Source: a virus
Direction: 5' to 3' (one strand)
Virus record (IMG/VR): IMGVR_UViG_3300011005_000048
Span: 99,401 to 163,400 of that record
DNA length: 64,000 nt
Shown: one piece after another, positions 1 through 12,362 of the stretch
How the letters are laid out: the number at the start of each line of letters is the position of its first letter
Numbering within the stretch: the first letter of the stretch is position 1
Position numbers and translations under genes: made by a program
The notes under the pieces: model-generated
Told to the model about the DNA's origin: nothing
The model's database searches: none
Seen by the model: the letters and a program-made list of their open reading frames with translations, nothing else

Positions 1-3000
1 AACCTATATTAACTGTGGTATAATCAGAATTTAATCTCCATATATTTTCTACTTGATCAAATATAATACCACTTATATTACTATTATTGGTATATAATTT
101 ATTTTCAATTATTTTTCCAGTAATATCATTAATTTGAATGTTTGTTTTATTGCCTTTAAATAATGTATCATTATATAAAAATATATTATTTATATTGATA
201 TTATTATTTTCTTCAATATTAATATTATTACCGGTACAAATAATTCCAAGTATTATTATACTTCCAACTTCCAGTAATTATTGGCATATTTTTTTCAGAA
301 TCATAAAAAAGTTCACCATTAAAATTAATATTACCAGTTATAATATTTTCATAATTAATATTTGTAATTACACCAGTAATTATATTTCCATAATATTCTT
401 CTAGTTGTTTTATTGTTAAGAATTTTTTATATGTTTGTAAATCATTAACTGTATCATATTTAGCATAATTTATACTTGGCATAACACCACTAATATTCAT
501 TGGTATATATCCAACCACATTATTTTCTAATAAATATTGTCCAATTCTAATAGGAATAACAGTTAAATTTCCACCTGAAATTTCTTTAGAAATACCGCTT
601 AAAGAAGTTAAATTACTTATATGCTTATCTTTATCGTATAATGCAAATTCTAATGATTTATTAGTTTGATTAAAATATTGACCAATAAATTGATCTATAC
701 TATCTAAATTATCTTGTTCATCATATAAACTAAATGCTTTAATTGTTGGAGTATCAATAACTAAAGTATTTAAGTTTTCATTTTTATAAAAATGTGCACA
801 TACTAATTTTAAATATGGATGATTAGTACTATCAATTAATTTTTTATGTAATTCAATATATGATGTATAACCTAATACCCATATTGTATTTTGAAATACT
901 CCAAATTGAACAGCATTATTTACTAATTGTTTAAACATATTAGCATATTTAATATGTTGGTTACATTGCATTGTATCATATATATCATTTTCATAAGTAC
1001 CATATTGTTCTTCTGGTATTTTACAATAATTCATTAATGGTATAGATAATGGATAATTCTTCATTCTTATCCAAATTTCACCAGCATCGGTATATGCATC
1101 ATGATCTATATGTTTATATAAAGTAAATTGATTATCATATTGGTCATATTGGAAATCATATACTTTATAATATTGTTTATTATAAATTTCATGTTGATAT
1201 TTAAATAATTGCTCTGATATATTATATTTAACTGTGGATATAATATTAGTATAATATTTGTTTACAAAGTCTTGTATAATATTATATGGAATATGTTTAT
1301 TGTTATCTAAATATAATTTAATAAAATGTTGTAATGCAATATATACCCAAGGTCCATCACAATCTATTAATTCAGAAGGTATAACTGACATTAATGATAA
1401 ATTTTTAGAATTTTCGTAATAACTATTATATCCTTTAAATTCAATATAAGATTGTTTCCAGCCATCAATTGGTATACCATAACCGAGTTTTATTATTATA
1501 ATCTTGCATATTTAATATTTCTTTAGTCATTAATGAAACATAATATGCAACATTTTCATAAAATGGCTTAGCTAAATATAATGAAGTTTCTTCATACATA
1601 CCAGTATTTTCATATAAATTTCGTATATATGGCATTGGTGCAATTGTAGTAAATGTTTTATTTGCATGATTTTCAGTTAAAAATTGACCTGGATATTCTC
1701 CTGAGTATTTTAATTGTAAAGCACTTAAATTAGGATTAGATAAAAATCCACTTGTAGCAAAACTTTGCCAACCTGCTGATAATAATGGATATACTTTATC
1801 TTTATAAATTTCGTATTTTAATTCATCGGATTTTGCATTTTTTAACTCATCAAAAAAGTTTTCATAAAATGAAATTTCTTTTTTAATATATTGTGAACTT
1901 GGTGATTCTTTTGAAAAATCCCTAATCCAAAATTGGCTATTATAATCAGTTACATATGTTGCACATAATCCAGTAATTGGTATTATATTATCAACATAAT
2001 ATGAACTAGTAACAACAGAACCTGCAGGAATAATAGTTACACTTGATAAAATTGTACCACTTGGTATAAACACAGCAGTTGGTACTGTATCTATATCCCA
2101 ATATGGCAATGATGATATAACAACACCACTTATGGTAATATCTATCATTTTGGCTGATGGCCATTTTTTATCTTCAGGTACTAAATAATTAAAGTTATCA
2201 TATATTGTTGAAAGAATACCCCAAGAGATTTCTCCACTTGGTGGATCAAATTGTGCTGATACTAAATTATCTTTAACCATCCAAGTAGATACAACTTCTA
2301 CATCAGAAGTTGTTACATATGAAGAAGTTTCTTCAATTTGTCCAGAAAGTTGATATCCAATAATACAACTTGGTAAATCACTATATATATTAAAATATTG
2401 AGTATTATCATAATATTCAATTAAATCTACATCAAAAAATTGAGATTTTTCTTTAGTTAGTCCATTTAAAGTATTAATATCAATGTTAAAAATAGCATCT
2501 TTATTAGTAGTATAACCTAATTCATTGTCATAACCGCTTAAATCTTTAATGCTTTCATATGAAGATGATGTTAATATATTATCACTTACAAAACGCCAAT
2601 CAGATCTATTAGAAAAATTTTTTATAAAATATTCTCTAGTAATATCTTTAATAATTTTATTTGTACCTATAAATGAATATTGTTGAATAATATTTTTAAT
2701 ATTTTCTCTGGCATAAGATATTTTTAAACAAATATCTGTGAATTCTTTAGCAATTTTTAATATATAATCAGTACCATTTTCATCTATATTACCTTCATTA
2801 TCTAATCCTAATAAACGTCTATATTCACTACTGTTTTCTATAGGATTTTGACAATTAAAATCTAATATATTATATTTAAATTCAATATCTTTATTATTTT
2901 CATTATTTATAGAAGATGCACTATTTAAAATATTATTAATAATACTTAAATATTGTATAAAATCAACATGTATTTTCTTATAAAAAATTATATTTTTTAC

Positions 3001-4208
3001 ACATTCATCTCTATCTTGTGGTGTAATATAATTATTAACTAATTCACAAAATTCTTCATAAGTATAATCACCGAGTTTTTGCTATAAAATTATTTCCATC
3101 CCAATCATTTTTTAATGAATCATTAATAATCATATCATAAAACAATCCATAAAAATGAAATGTAATAAAATCATTTATATATGATTCATCATATATTTGC
3201 ATTGTTTCTATTATTTTACAGTATAAATCAGATAAATCTATTAATACATTTGTATTTTTTTCTATATACATTGTTTGAAAAAATGTATTAATATTATAAT
3301 TAAATAAATATCCTTTAAAAACTTGCATTAAAATATGAAATGGATTAATCCATCCTATCATAAATTTAGCAGTATCATCTTCTGTAAAATCATTTTCTTC
3401 AAAATATGGTTTTGTAAGTGTACAAGATTTAATCCAATTAAAATCTTCAGTTTTATCTTTTTGACTTTTAAAATATTTAATAGTTTGTATTATATCATAT
3501 AATGTTATATATTCTATTGGTTTTTCTTGTACTCCATTATTATATAATTTGTACATTACTATTTTTCTATCTTTATTGGAAAGAGAAATGTTAAATAATT
3601 TTTCAAATTGTTCAGGATCAAATAAAGTATATAACATATATTCTTTATATTCTGGTATATCTTTAACTGATAAATATTTTTCAATATATGGAAGCTTATT
3701 AACTTTAAATAATTCAGCTAATTTATCAATATTATTAATTATATCATTTAATATAGATATATAATATTTTGATGGTATTAATGTAGCACTTCTATTATCA
3801 ATATTACCAACAATTGGAGCAATTGCTGACATATTTAATATTTTAAAGTTATCAAATAATATACTTTTTTTAATTGAAAATAAATTAATTAAATTTATTA
3901 ATTGTACTGGATAATTCTCTTTAATAAAATTAGTTAAATGTTCGGCATCAATACTTTTTGCCATACTTTTTAATGCATGTATATTACAAGTATCTATATC
4001 AGCAAGATTTTTAATATATTCTTGCATATTGATATAAAATTCTTTAGCTGCATCATTACATGCACCGTGAAATTACTGTCCATAATGCTTCTTTACCTTT
4101 CCAAAATTGATTATTAGAAGCATTTTTAAGTATTTCACTAAATTCAAAATCTGAATATTTTGATATTAATTCAGAATCTCTATATTGTTGAAAAACTTTA
4201 TCACTCAC
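1..4208 (-). CDS. Large structural protein downstream of the gp6-like gene (gp7-like baseplate wedge candidate); one reading frame interrupted by four CGG codons
   Basis: Likely GTG start at 4206-4208 (V/M-S-D-K-V-F-Q-Q-Y-R-D-S-E-L-I-S-K-Y...). The track fragments 3068-4027, 1465-2280 and 228-1391 join if one nucleotide is skipped at CGG codons 4065-4067, 3071-3073, 1483-1485 and 231-233. Distances between sites are exact multiples of 3 after each +1 shift. Continues beyond the window edge. gp7-like assignment rests only on size and position next to gp6. Confidence 0.72.
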
Positions 4209-4214
4209 AATTAA

Positions 4215-6119
4215 TTAAAATCCTGTATTTATTATATTATATGTATTTTCGTTTTTAATTTCGATTAACTTTAATAATGAATTTGAATATAATTTAGCAA
4301 ATTGAAATGGTTGTAATTTTTTACTAAATTTAAATACTTCAAAATCTAAACCATTAACAATTGTTGGACTATAACATGCAAAAGATAATCCATCTTCTAT
4401 CCAAACATCATTTGGATCATTTTCAGGAATATATTTTGTTTGAACAGCTTCAATATATCCAGTTTCAATTATTTGTTTATGTATTTCACTTATATTAACT
4501 ATATTTCCTAATTTTTGATTTTCCAATGAAAAATAATTAATAAAAATATTATTAATTAATATTTTTAATTGTTCATTATTTATAAATGCATTTGATTTTT
4601 TAGTTAAAATAATTTTAATTGGTGGATTCCAATCAGCAGTTAAATTCATTTCAGTTAAATTTATTGAATAATTAGGATGTTCAACATATGGAATAAAATA
4701 AGTTTCTATTGCACTACATGGAACAAGTTCCGCTGTAGCACTTTTAATTTTATTACAATCATCAACAATTAAATTTAAGTCACTATCACTTACTTGTCCA
4801 TCATATGTTGGTTTAATCCATAAATAAATATTATTAAAATCACAAGCATCTGCAAATCTATAATAATATTTTCTAATATCTATATTTAACTTATTATATT
4901 TTGATAACCATTGAAAAAATAAAGAAGTATAAGTTGTATTATTACAAACATATATATCATGTACTCTATCTTTATAATTATTTAATATATATGATTTATA
5001 ATCATTTTCAGTAACTAATCTATTACCTAATCTAAATATACTTGGTGCATTTTCTCTAATAGAATCAACATCTTCATATCCTTGAGGTAAAGTAGATTCA
5101 TTAATATTTGTTAAAACTAATTTATTACAAGTTTGTATAAATAATCCATTTAATACAAATAATGTACTATAATTTCTTTTAAAATTTTCAAAACCACCAA
5201 AACATATATCCATTAATTCAGTTGTACTGGTAAATCCATCTATATCTAAAGACAATGTATTTTTTGAAATTTCGTTTGTATCAATTTTTCCTTCTTCACC
5301 ATTGCTTTGAAGATAAATAATATGGATATTATTTCCCATATTTAATTGTTTACCATGGATATTATCGCCAAATTTAATTGTATAATTTTTATTTTCATCT
5401 AAACGTAATTCATACATTTCACTATTGTATGTAGCATCTAATACAAGATTATTAACTCGTGTCCATTCTTTATAAGATGTTTCACCAGTAGTTTCACTAA
5501 TAGTTTCTATATATACATGAAAATTATTATGATCAATATATATTGGATTATTTTCATTATTTGGATTCAATCCAGCCATTGTAAATATTTCATATGGGGT
5601 ACCATCTGAGGTAAATACTGAAGAATATTTTTTAAATTGACCATTATATAAAACTGGCCAAGCTTTTGGTATAACAACTACACCATTATATATATTAAAT
5701 GTAAAGTCTTTTACAAAACTAAATTTAATTTCATTTCCATATTTATCAATTTTACCTGTATTGATAGATGCAAATTTAGGAATAGTACATATATCTTCAT
5801 CTATTGTTGTAGATTGATTGGTATTTGTTGATATTAAAAATTCAGATGAACAAGTTAAATAACCTTTTGGAGAATATGATAAAAGTTTAACTAATCTATT
5901 CATATTTTCATATATAGCAGTATCACTAAATAATACATCTGCAGCACTATTATTTAATATATATGTTAATACATCAAATGTCCATGCAAATAAATCCATT
6001 AAAATTTTAATATCACTTGCTGGATATAATTGGTCAGTTAATATACCACTTTCTAATAATTTTCTTCTTAATAATTCTTGTATTGATTGTGCATCCCAAC
6101 GTAAATAATCGTAATTCAT
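4215..6119 (-). CDS. T4 gp6-like baseplate wedge protein
   Basis: 634 aa; N-terminus 'SIQELLRRKLLESGILTDQLYPASDIKILMDLFAWTFDVLTYILNN' resembles gp6-like baseplate J proteins; lies between gp25-like and large wedge-like genes as in T4-like baseplate modules. Confidence 0.75.
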   Translation of the reverse strand: MNYDYLRWDAQSIQELLRRKLLESGILTDQLYPASDIKILMDLFAWTFDVLTYILNNSAADVLFSDTAIYENMNRLVKLLSYSPKGYLTCSSEFLISTNTNQSTTIDEDICTIPKFASINTGKIDKYGNEIKFSFVKDFTFNIYNGVVVIPKAWPVLYNGQFKKYSSVFTSDGTPYEIFTMAGLNPNNENNPIYIDHNNFHVYIETISETTGETSYKEWTRVNNLVLDATYNSEMYELRLDENKNYTIKFGDNIHGKQLNMGNNIHIIYLQSNGEEGKIDTNEISKNTLSLDIDGFTSTTELMDICFGGFENFKRNYSTLFVLNGLFIQTCNKLVLTNINESTLPQGYEDVDSIRENAPSIFRLGNRLVTENDYKSYILNNYKDRVHDIYVCNNTTYTSLFFQWLSKYNKLNIDIRKYYYRFADACDFNNIYLWIKPTYDGQVSDSDLNLIVDDCNKIKSATAELVPCSAIETYFIPYVEHPNYSINLTEMNLTADWNPPIKIILTKKSNAFINNEQLKILINNIFINYFSLENQKLGNIVNISEIHKQIIETGYIEAVQTKYIPENDPNDVWIEDGLSFACYSPTIVNGLDFEVFKFSKKLQPFQFAKLYSNSLLKLIEIKNENTYNIINTGF

Positions 6120-6168
6120 AATTGTATTTTTATAGTTAAACCTTTTTATTATTTATTATTTTATTATT

Positions 6169-6657
6169 TTATGGATTCAATGTTAAATCATACGTTCCGT
6201 TGAATTGATAATTCAGGAATTATATATTGTATTTTAATTTGATATTGGCCGAGTTTCTTCAATTCCGAGTAATTGGAATATCTATTATATTTATGCGTGG
6301 CTCCCAAGCTCCTATCATTTGTCTTATAGTTTTACTTATTTTTTCAGCAGTATATTTATTCATTGGTTCATATAAATATCGATATAAATCATTACCAAAC
6401 ATTGGTTCTAATATTTCTTCACCTAATCTAAATTTAAAAATATTATTTAATGCACTTTTAACAGCCTGCTCATCAAAATTACTAGTATTAACACTATATA
6501 ATTTTAAAGTTTGTTTATCAGAAAAATTTTCTGTTGGTCTTCTAACTAATTGAAAATTTTCTGTTCCAATATCTCGATATATATATGTTTTTGTATCTTT
6601 ATCACGATTAAATACTGCATTATTGCTAAAATCAAAAGATAAATTTGCCATAATCAA
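6169..6657 (-). CDS. gp25-like baseplate wedge protein (GPW/gp25 family) with three CGG +1 sites in its last ~35 codons
   Basis: 'VKSALNNIFKFRLGEEILEPMFGNDLYRYLYEP' is the gp25-family core. Skipping one nt at CGG 6265-6267, 6249-6251 and 6197-6199 gives C-terminus 'EPRINIIDIPITGIEETGQYQIKIQYIIPELSIQGTYDLTLNP*'. Confidence 0.8.
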
Positions 6658-7338
6658 TTATATCCAGGTTTGTCTTTCTAATTCAGGATTATTATTTTTT
6701 AAATCCTGTAATATTTCATTTTTAACTGCCGCAATATCATCTACATTAATAATATGTTCTTCATCTTCATTATTATCTTGTACTAATTTTTCAGGATTTA
6801 CATTTAATAATTCAGATTCCTTTTGAGCCAATTTATCAGTTAAAACTTTTAATTCATTATCATTTACATTTGTAAAATCAAATTTATCCATTTTAATGGT
6901 CAATTGTTTTTCTATTATTTCTTTAACTATTTTTATTAATTTAGTTAAATGTAATAATACAAATTGTCTTAATCTATTATCTTTTTTGATTATTAAATAA
7001 TAATTAGTTATAAATTCTTCCAGGCAAAGCTCATAACCCCACATTATTATTCTACTCATTACAGCTTTAAATTTTTCATCATTTAACTCAAAAAATTTAA
7101 CAACAATATTATTACCAATATTTTTTAACTGTTTATCTAATTTAGTTGAATAATCTTTATTTAATACTTCTAAATCAACATTATCAATATTAGTTTGTTT
7201 ACTTTTCTTTTCTTGAGTAAAAACATATTCATTAGGTTTAACTTCAATTGGTTCATTAATATCAATTGACCCTAAATATTGAATTAATCGATCAGTTAAA
7301 TCTAATTGATTTCCATTATTATACATATTATTTGTCAT
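6658..7338 (-). CDS. Hypothetical phage protein
   Basis: Intact 226 aa ORF in the minus-strand structural operon. Confidence 0.5.
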   Translation of the reverse strand: MTNNMYNNGNQLDLTDRLIQYLGSIDINEPIEVKPNEYVFTQEKKSKQTNIDNVDLEVLNKDYSTKLDKQLKNIGNNIVVKFFELNDEKFKAVMSRIIMWGYELCLEEFITNYYLIIKKDNRLRQFVLLHLTKLIKIVKEIIEKQLTIKMDKFDFTNVNDNELKVLTDKLAQKESELLNVNPEKLVQDNNEDEEHIINVDDIAAVKNEILQDLKNNNPELERQTWI

Positions 7339-7401
7339 TTGTTATCTCAATAATAAATATTTTGTAACTTTATTATTATTTATTTACATTTCTTTAATTA
7401 T

Positions 7402-9417
7402 TTAACCGTGGAACAAATTTTTCAAAACAATTAACACCACATAAATAGTAATTAATTATACAGTATATATTTTTATTATTATTTTTTATATATTTAAGTA
7501 TATTTAATTTCCATATATTAATTATATCATATATATATTTAATTGTAATATTTAATGTGTTATTTAATGTGTATATACCATCATGAAGAGAAATGATAGT
7601 GTTATATTGTTGTTTATAATATGGTAATATATTATTAAACATTATTTGAGCTTCCATATTAAAACAATCTATAGATAATTTACTAATAGACTTTAACTTA
7701 AATGAATTGGATTTTAATACTTGATCAGAATTACATACAGGATATTGAATTATAAATTCATAAAAATACGGAAATTTATTTTTAAAATATTCATTAATTC
7801 CATTTATAACTATATTAGTTTTACTAACATTTATACGTTGATGTTCTTTGCTAAAAAGCCAAAACATAATTTGTTTTTTAATATCTAATCTAGTTAATTT
7901 ATTATTATTAATATACAATAAAATATCAGAATATATATCATTTTTTGCTTGTTGTTTTACTTTAGTAAATTCTAATAATTTTTCTTTATAAAATTTATCA
8001 TCAGGTTGTAATTGAGATAAGGCAATTAAAGCTGATAATTGAACAAAACAACATTTTAGATCAAATATTTCTTTAATATTATAAAATTTATTATTTATTT
8101 CTATTTTAATTGCTTTTCTAAATTCTTTGGGCAACATATGAAATGGCATATATATTCTACCATATTTTTCAGTAGCTTTAAATATATGATTATGAAAATC
8201 AATACATTTACTAAATAAACCAATACATTCTTGATATTTATCTTTTAATGCATCTTTTAATATTATTTTATCTATATTTGATTTATTTAATTTAATTTGT
8301 TTTAATGTTTTCCACCAATTATATACTTTTATTAAATCTGGATAACGTTCTAAAAATTTTTGTTTTAATAATGGAATATTAAAACTCATTTTCTTTTGTA
8401 ATAAATATTGTTCATTTTTTAATGGATGAGAAAAAGGTAAATAATCTTTATGTAATGTTTGTAATTTATTACCATATAATAAATGATGTTTTAAAAAGAA
8501 TTGATGTTTATCACAATATTTATTTGTAATTAATATTTCATTTTGATAATTATCTAAATAAATTGGATTTATAAAATATCGCAATGCTTGATGTGTTTGT
8601 TCATCATAGAATTTAATTTGTTCAGACTGTATATTATTTTCTTCACCGATTTAATAATAAATCGTGTAAAGAAGTACTAGTTACCATACTATTTTTAAAT
8701 AATGGGATATTTCCAATTATATCATATTTTATTAATATATTTTTTACAATATATAAATCTTTTTCATTTATAATTTTACTTAATACATTTTTACTAATAT
8801 GATATCCAAATTCAACATCATATTTATATTTAATTGCATTTATTTTTTCTAAATTTGGTAGTACTCCATTTTCTTTATATTGTTTATTTAAATATTGTAA
8901 ATATATATTTTTTGGTTCATTGAAATTATAGATTGCTAAAACTAAATACAATGCTTTATTTAGTTTTGTTTGATATTTTCTTTTATTTCGTTTATCAGAA
9001 CTATTATATTCATTAAATAATTCTAATTTAAATATTTCATTAATCCTATCATAAAGTTTTTTTGGTATAGAATATTTTAAATGTTTAACTTTATCATTTA
9101 ATTCTTTTTCTAACTTTGATTGAGTTAATCGTTCTTCAAATTTTTGTTTAAATTTATTTGGATCGAAATTGTCTTTTTCTTTGTGAAATGTTTTTTGTGT
9201 TATATAAGTTGCTAATCTATGTTTATTTAATTTTATTGCTTCTTCTGGTGTGCAAAATAATTCATTTTGATATATTCTAGTAAATTTAGGTAAATTATCT
9301 TTACCGAATATATTGTTGATCTATAATATTTTGAAATGGAATATATTTTTGTTCCTTTTCTAATTGTTCAACAGTTTGATATTTAAGTTTTTTATTTCGA
9401 GATATTCTTTTTCCCAT
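7402..9417 (-). CDS. Large unknown protein (possibly polymerase/primase-like); one reading frame interrupted by three CGG codons
   Basis: ATG at 9415-9417 (MGKRISRNKKLKYQTVEQLEKEQKYIPFQNIIDQQYI). +1 skips at CGG 9304-9306, 8646-8648 and 7406-7408 join the upstream segment, ORF 8643-8951 and ORF 7394-8584; all inter-site distances are in phase. Contains 'YGRIYMPFHMLPKEFRKAIKIEINNKFYNIKEIFDLKCCFVQLSALIAL' and 'IISLHDGIYTL'. Confidence 0.6.
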
Positions 9418-9588
9418 TTTCACTTCCAGAAAAATAATTACTTTTCAATAAGTAAAATAATTTTTATTTTTAAATCAGTAATATTTATTAAAAAATAAAA
9501 CTCATTTTTGTGTGAAAGGAAAAATGGGAAGTATGGAAGATCACAAAAATGAGTTTTAAAATTTTATTTAATTGTTTAATATTATTAT

Positions 9589-9987
9589 TTATTCAATTTT
9601 GTTTTTTAATTCTAAAATTTCAACTTTATACATATCATTATTAGTTTTCTTTAAAAAACCATCTAAAATCAATATAATTTCTTTTTGTAATTCAGAAATT
9701 GATATATCTCCATCAATTGTTTCACTTAAACCTTCTGAATTATCTTTATTATATATACCAATTCTCCAAATATTTTGTCCATATTCTTCACTTTCTGGAT
9801 ATATACTAAGAGTTAAATTATTGGTTTCAACAAAACAACTATCATCAGATGAAACTTCAAAATCAGGATAAATTTGTTGTAATTTATCTACCATAGATAA
9901 TGAAGTACTCATTTTTAATGAATCAGGTTTTCCATTAAAATTAGACATTATATCTTCAAATAATATATCAAATTTACGTTTTTTCAT
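9589..9987 (-). CDS. Small protein with the recurrent leader MKKRKFDILFEDIM
   Basis: Intact 132 aa ORF; N-terminus shared with ORFs at 15401, 17783 and 18163. Confidence 0.6.
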   Translation of the reverse strand: MKKRKFDILFEDIMSNFNGKPDSLKMSTSLSMVDKLQQIYPDFEVSSDDSCFVETNNLTLSIYPESEEYGQNIWRIGIYNKDNSEGLSETIDGDISISELQKEIILILDGFLKKTNNDMYKVEILELKNKIE

Positions 9988-9994
9988 TTAAACT

Positions 9995-10627
9995 TTATCT
10001 ACCTCCATATCTAGCTCTATAATTATTAATTTCATTTTGAGAATTATAAAAATGCATATCTTTATGCGTGTCAAACTCTTTTATAAGGTTTTCTATTCTT
10101 TTTCCTTGTTGTTCTACAAGTTTTTCTAAATCTTCAATTCTATCTATTAAACGTTCAACAGTTACATCATAATCTTCTTCAGATGATGTTGATTCTTCTA
10201 CAGAATTATTTAATATATTTGTGTCATCACTAATTAAATTCTTTTCAATGTCTTCTAAACCAATAACATTATCTTTAATATCTAATTTAACAAATATATT
10301 GTTAGATTTAAATCCACCTTCTATCAATACATCTTGTAATGTGGCTTCAGTAAAATCACAATTTACAAATGTACAATCAATAAATTTAACATTTAATATA
10401 TCTGTATTTCTAAAATTACAATTTAAAAATTCACATTTTTCAAATATACAACTAACAAATTTGCTTACATAAAAATTGCATTTTCTAAATAAATGTCCAT
10501 TTAAATTTAATTTAGTTAGTTTTAAATTTGATATATCTTGATTTACAAATGCCATCTTTTCTATTGATTGAGAGGCATCTTCTAATTTTTCAATAATTGA
10601 TTTCTTTTCTTTTTTTATATCTGCCAT
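9995..10627 (-). CDS. Pentapeptide-repeat-like protein with C-terminal coiled coil
   Basis: 'NGHLFRKCNFYVSKFVSCIFEKCEFLNCNFRNTDILNVKFIDCTFVNCDFTEATLQDVLIEG' has pentapeptide-repeat character. Confidence 0.65.
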   Translation of the reverse strand: MADIKKEKKSIIEKLEDASQSIEKMAFVNQDISNLKLTKLNLNGHLFRKCNFYVSKFVSCIFEKCEFLNCNFRNTDILNVKFIDCTFVNCDFTEATLQDVLIEGGFKSNNIFVKLDIKDNVIGLEDIEKNLISDDTNILNNSVEESTSSEEDYDVTVERLIDRIEDLEKLVEQQGKRIENLIKEFDTHKDMHFYNSQNEINNYRARYGGR

Positions 10628-10738
10628 GTTGTTAATTACCTTTATAATTATTTAATCCTAATTAATAATATTTATAAATATTAGTTATTTAAATGAGAAT
10701 AAATATATTTAAATATTAACATAACTGAAGGAGTATTT

Positions 10739-12280
10739 ATGTTTTCATTAAGTTTTACTAAAAAATATCCATTAACATTTACTGCTGTAGATGGCCCAGC
10801 AACAGTTACCTTAAATATTGTAAAAGGTACACCAGTAACTAATGGTTTACAGTATAGATTAGAAGATAATCAAGAATGGAATACTTATACACCAGGTGAA
10901 ACAATTAATTTAACCGAAGGTAATTATGTTCAATTTCAAAATACTGAAGAACAATTATCACTTGATTCGAATAATTATGTAAAATTCGATATGTCTGGTA
11001 AAATACAAGGCAGTGGAAATATTCAATCATTATTAAATTATATAGATGAAGTGCCAAATTATTCATTTGCTTCATTATTTAATAGATGTAGCAGTTTAAT
11101 TTCTTCTCCTGAATTACCTGCATCTACAGTAAGATATGCTGGATATTTTTCTATGTTACGTGATACAGGTATTTTAGAAGCTCCTAAATTACCGGCAACC
11201 ACTATAGAAGGTTATGCATATAATTCAATGTTTCAAAATTGTATTTTTACAACTGCACCAAAGTTACCTGCTAAAACTATAGGAGAAAGAACATATTATA
11301 GAATGTTTAGAAATTGTTCAAACTTAATAACACCACCAAAAATTTTAGCAAATAAACTTTCAGGAGTTTATAATATGACTGAAATGTTTGAAAATTGTAC
11401 TGCATTAACTGGATCACCTGAATTATATCCAACTACATTAACAAATCGATGCTATTCAAGATTATTTATTGGATGTACTTCATTAGTAAATGCAAATAAA
11501 ATTCATGCTGAAATTATGGCACCTTCAGCATGTACTGAATTATTTTCTGGCTGTAAATCTTTACAAAAAGCACCAGAATTACCAGCTTTAACTTTAGCCG
11601 AACATTGTTATCATTGGGTATTTCAAGATTGTAGTGCATTACTTTATCCTCCAAAATTACCTGCTACAACATTAGCTAATAATTGTTATCACCATATGTT
11701 TGCAGAATGTTCTTCATTACTTTATGCACCGGAATTACCAGCTTTAGAAGTTCCTAAATCAGCATATTCAGTAATGTTTCAAGGATGTGTATCTTTAACT
11801 GATACTCCAAAATTACCAGCATCAGCTGTTTATGAAACTGGTTATTATTCAATGTTTAGATTCTGCACAAATTTAACTGGACTTCCTGAAGAAATACCTG
11901 CTACACCACAAGGTGAAGAAGCATATTCTGAAATGTTTAGAGGTTGTTCTTCAATAACCGCCGCTCCTAAATTACCTGCAACCACATTAACACCAAGATG
12001 TTATAGAAGACTATTTTATGAATGCACTTCATTAACAGGATCACTAGAATTACCTGCAGAAATATTACCAAGTGCTTGTTATGAATATATGTTTACTGGA
12101 TGTCAAAACTTAAATAATATAACAGTTGGATTTACTGATTGGAATGAATTAGAAAATTCAACACATGAATGGGTAACTGGAGTTCAAACTACAAGTGGTA
12201 CATTTAAATGTCCTACTACATTACCTGATGAAAGAGGTGATAGTAAAATACCTAACAATTGGACAAAAACCGATATTTAA
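10739..12280 (+). CDS. BspA-like / DUF285-like repeat protein, candidate surface or fiber protein
   Basis: Repeats of 'YxxMFxxCxxLxxxPxLPAxTL...'; intact 513 aa, no in-frame CGG. Confidence 0.7.
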   Translation: MFSLSFTKKYPLTFTAVDGPATVTLNIVKGTPVTNGLQYRLEDNQEWNTYTPGETINLTEGNYVQFQNTEEQLSLDSNNYVKFDMSGKIQGSGNIQSLLNYIDEVPNYSFASLFNRCSSLISSPELPASTVRYAGYFSMLRDTGILEAPKLPATTIEGYAYNSMFQNCIFTTAPKLPAKTIGERTYYRMFRNCSNLITPPKILANKLSGVYNMTEMFENCTALTGSPELYPTTLTNRCYSRLFIGCTSLVNANKIHAEIMAPSACTELFSGCKSLQKAPELPALTLAEHCYHWVFQDCSALLYPPKLPATTLANNCYHHMFAECSSLLYAPELPALEVPKSAYSVMFQGCVSLTDTPKLPASAVYETGYYSMFRFCTNLTGLPEEIPATPQGEEAYSEMFRGCSSITAAPKLPATTLTPRCYRRLFYECTSLTGSLELPAEILPSACYEYMFTGCQNLNNITVGFTDWNELENSTHEWVTGVQTTSGTFKCPTTLPDERGDSKIPNNWTKTDI

Positions 12281-12299
12281 TATTTAATTAAATAAATAC

Positions 12300-12341
12300 T
12301 TTAAATGTATCTAAGTTTGAAACTTAGATACATTTTTTTTA
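12300..12341 (+). terminator. Intrinsic terminator after the BspA-like gene
   Basis: AATGTATCTAAGTTTGAAACTTAGATACATT followed by a T-run. Confidence 0.65.
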
Positions 12342-12362
12342 GTATAAAAAATAAAGGTATAT

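Noticed and set aside
138-404. Forward ORF 138-404 and other small antisense ORFs (3549-3764, 6227-6553, 6623-6826, 9572-9871, 10221-10472, 13237-13467, 15819-16037, 18136-18345, 18687-18896, 31024-31206, 37336-37527, 38830-39189, 41267-41452, 43191-43496, 47638-47868, 53332-53562, 53886-54071, 56790-56984, 60035-60217, 62865-63071)
   Set aside because: Low-complexity shadow ORFs opposite better-supported genes.
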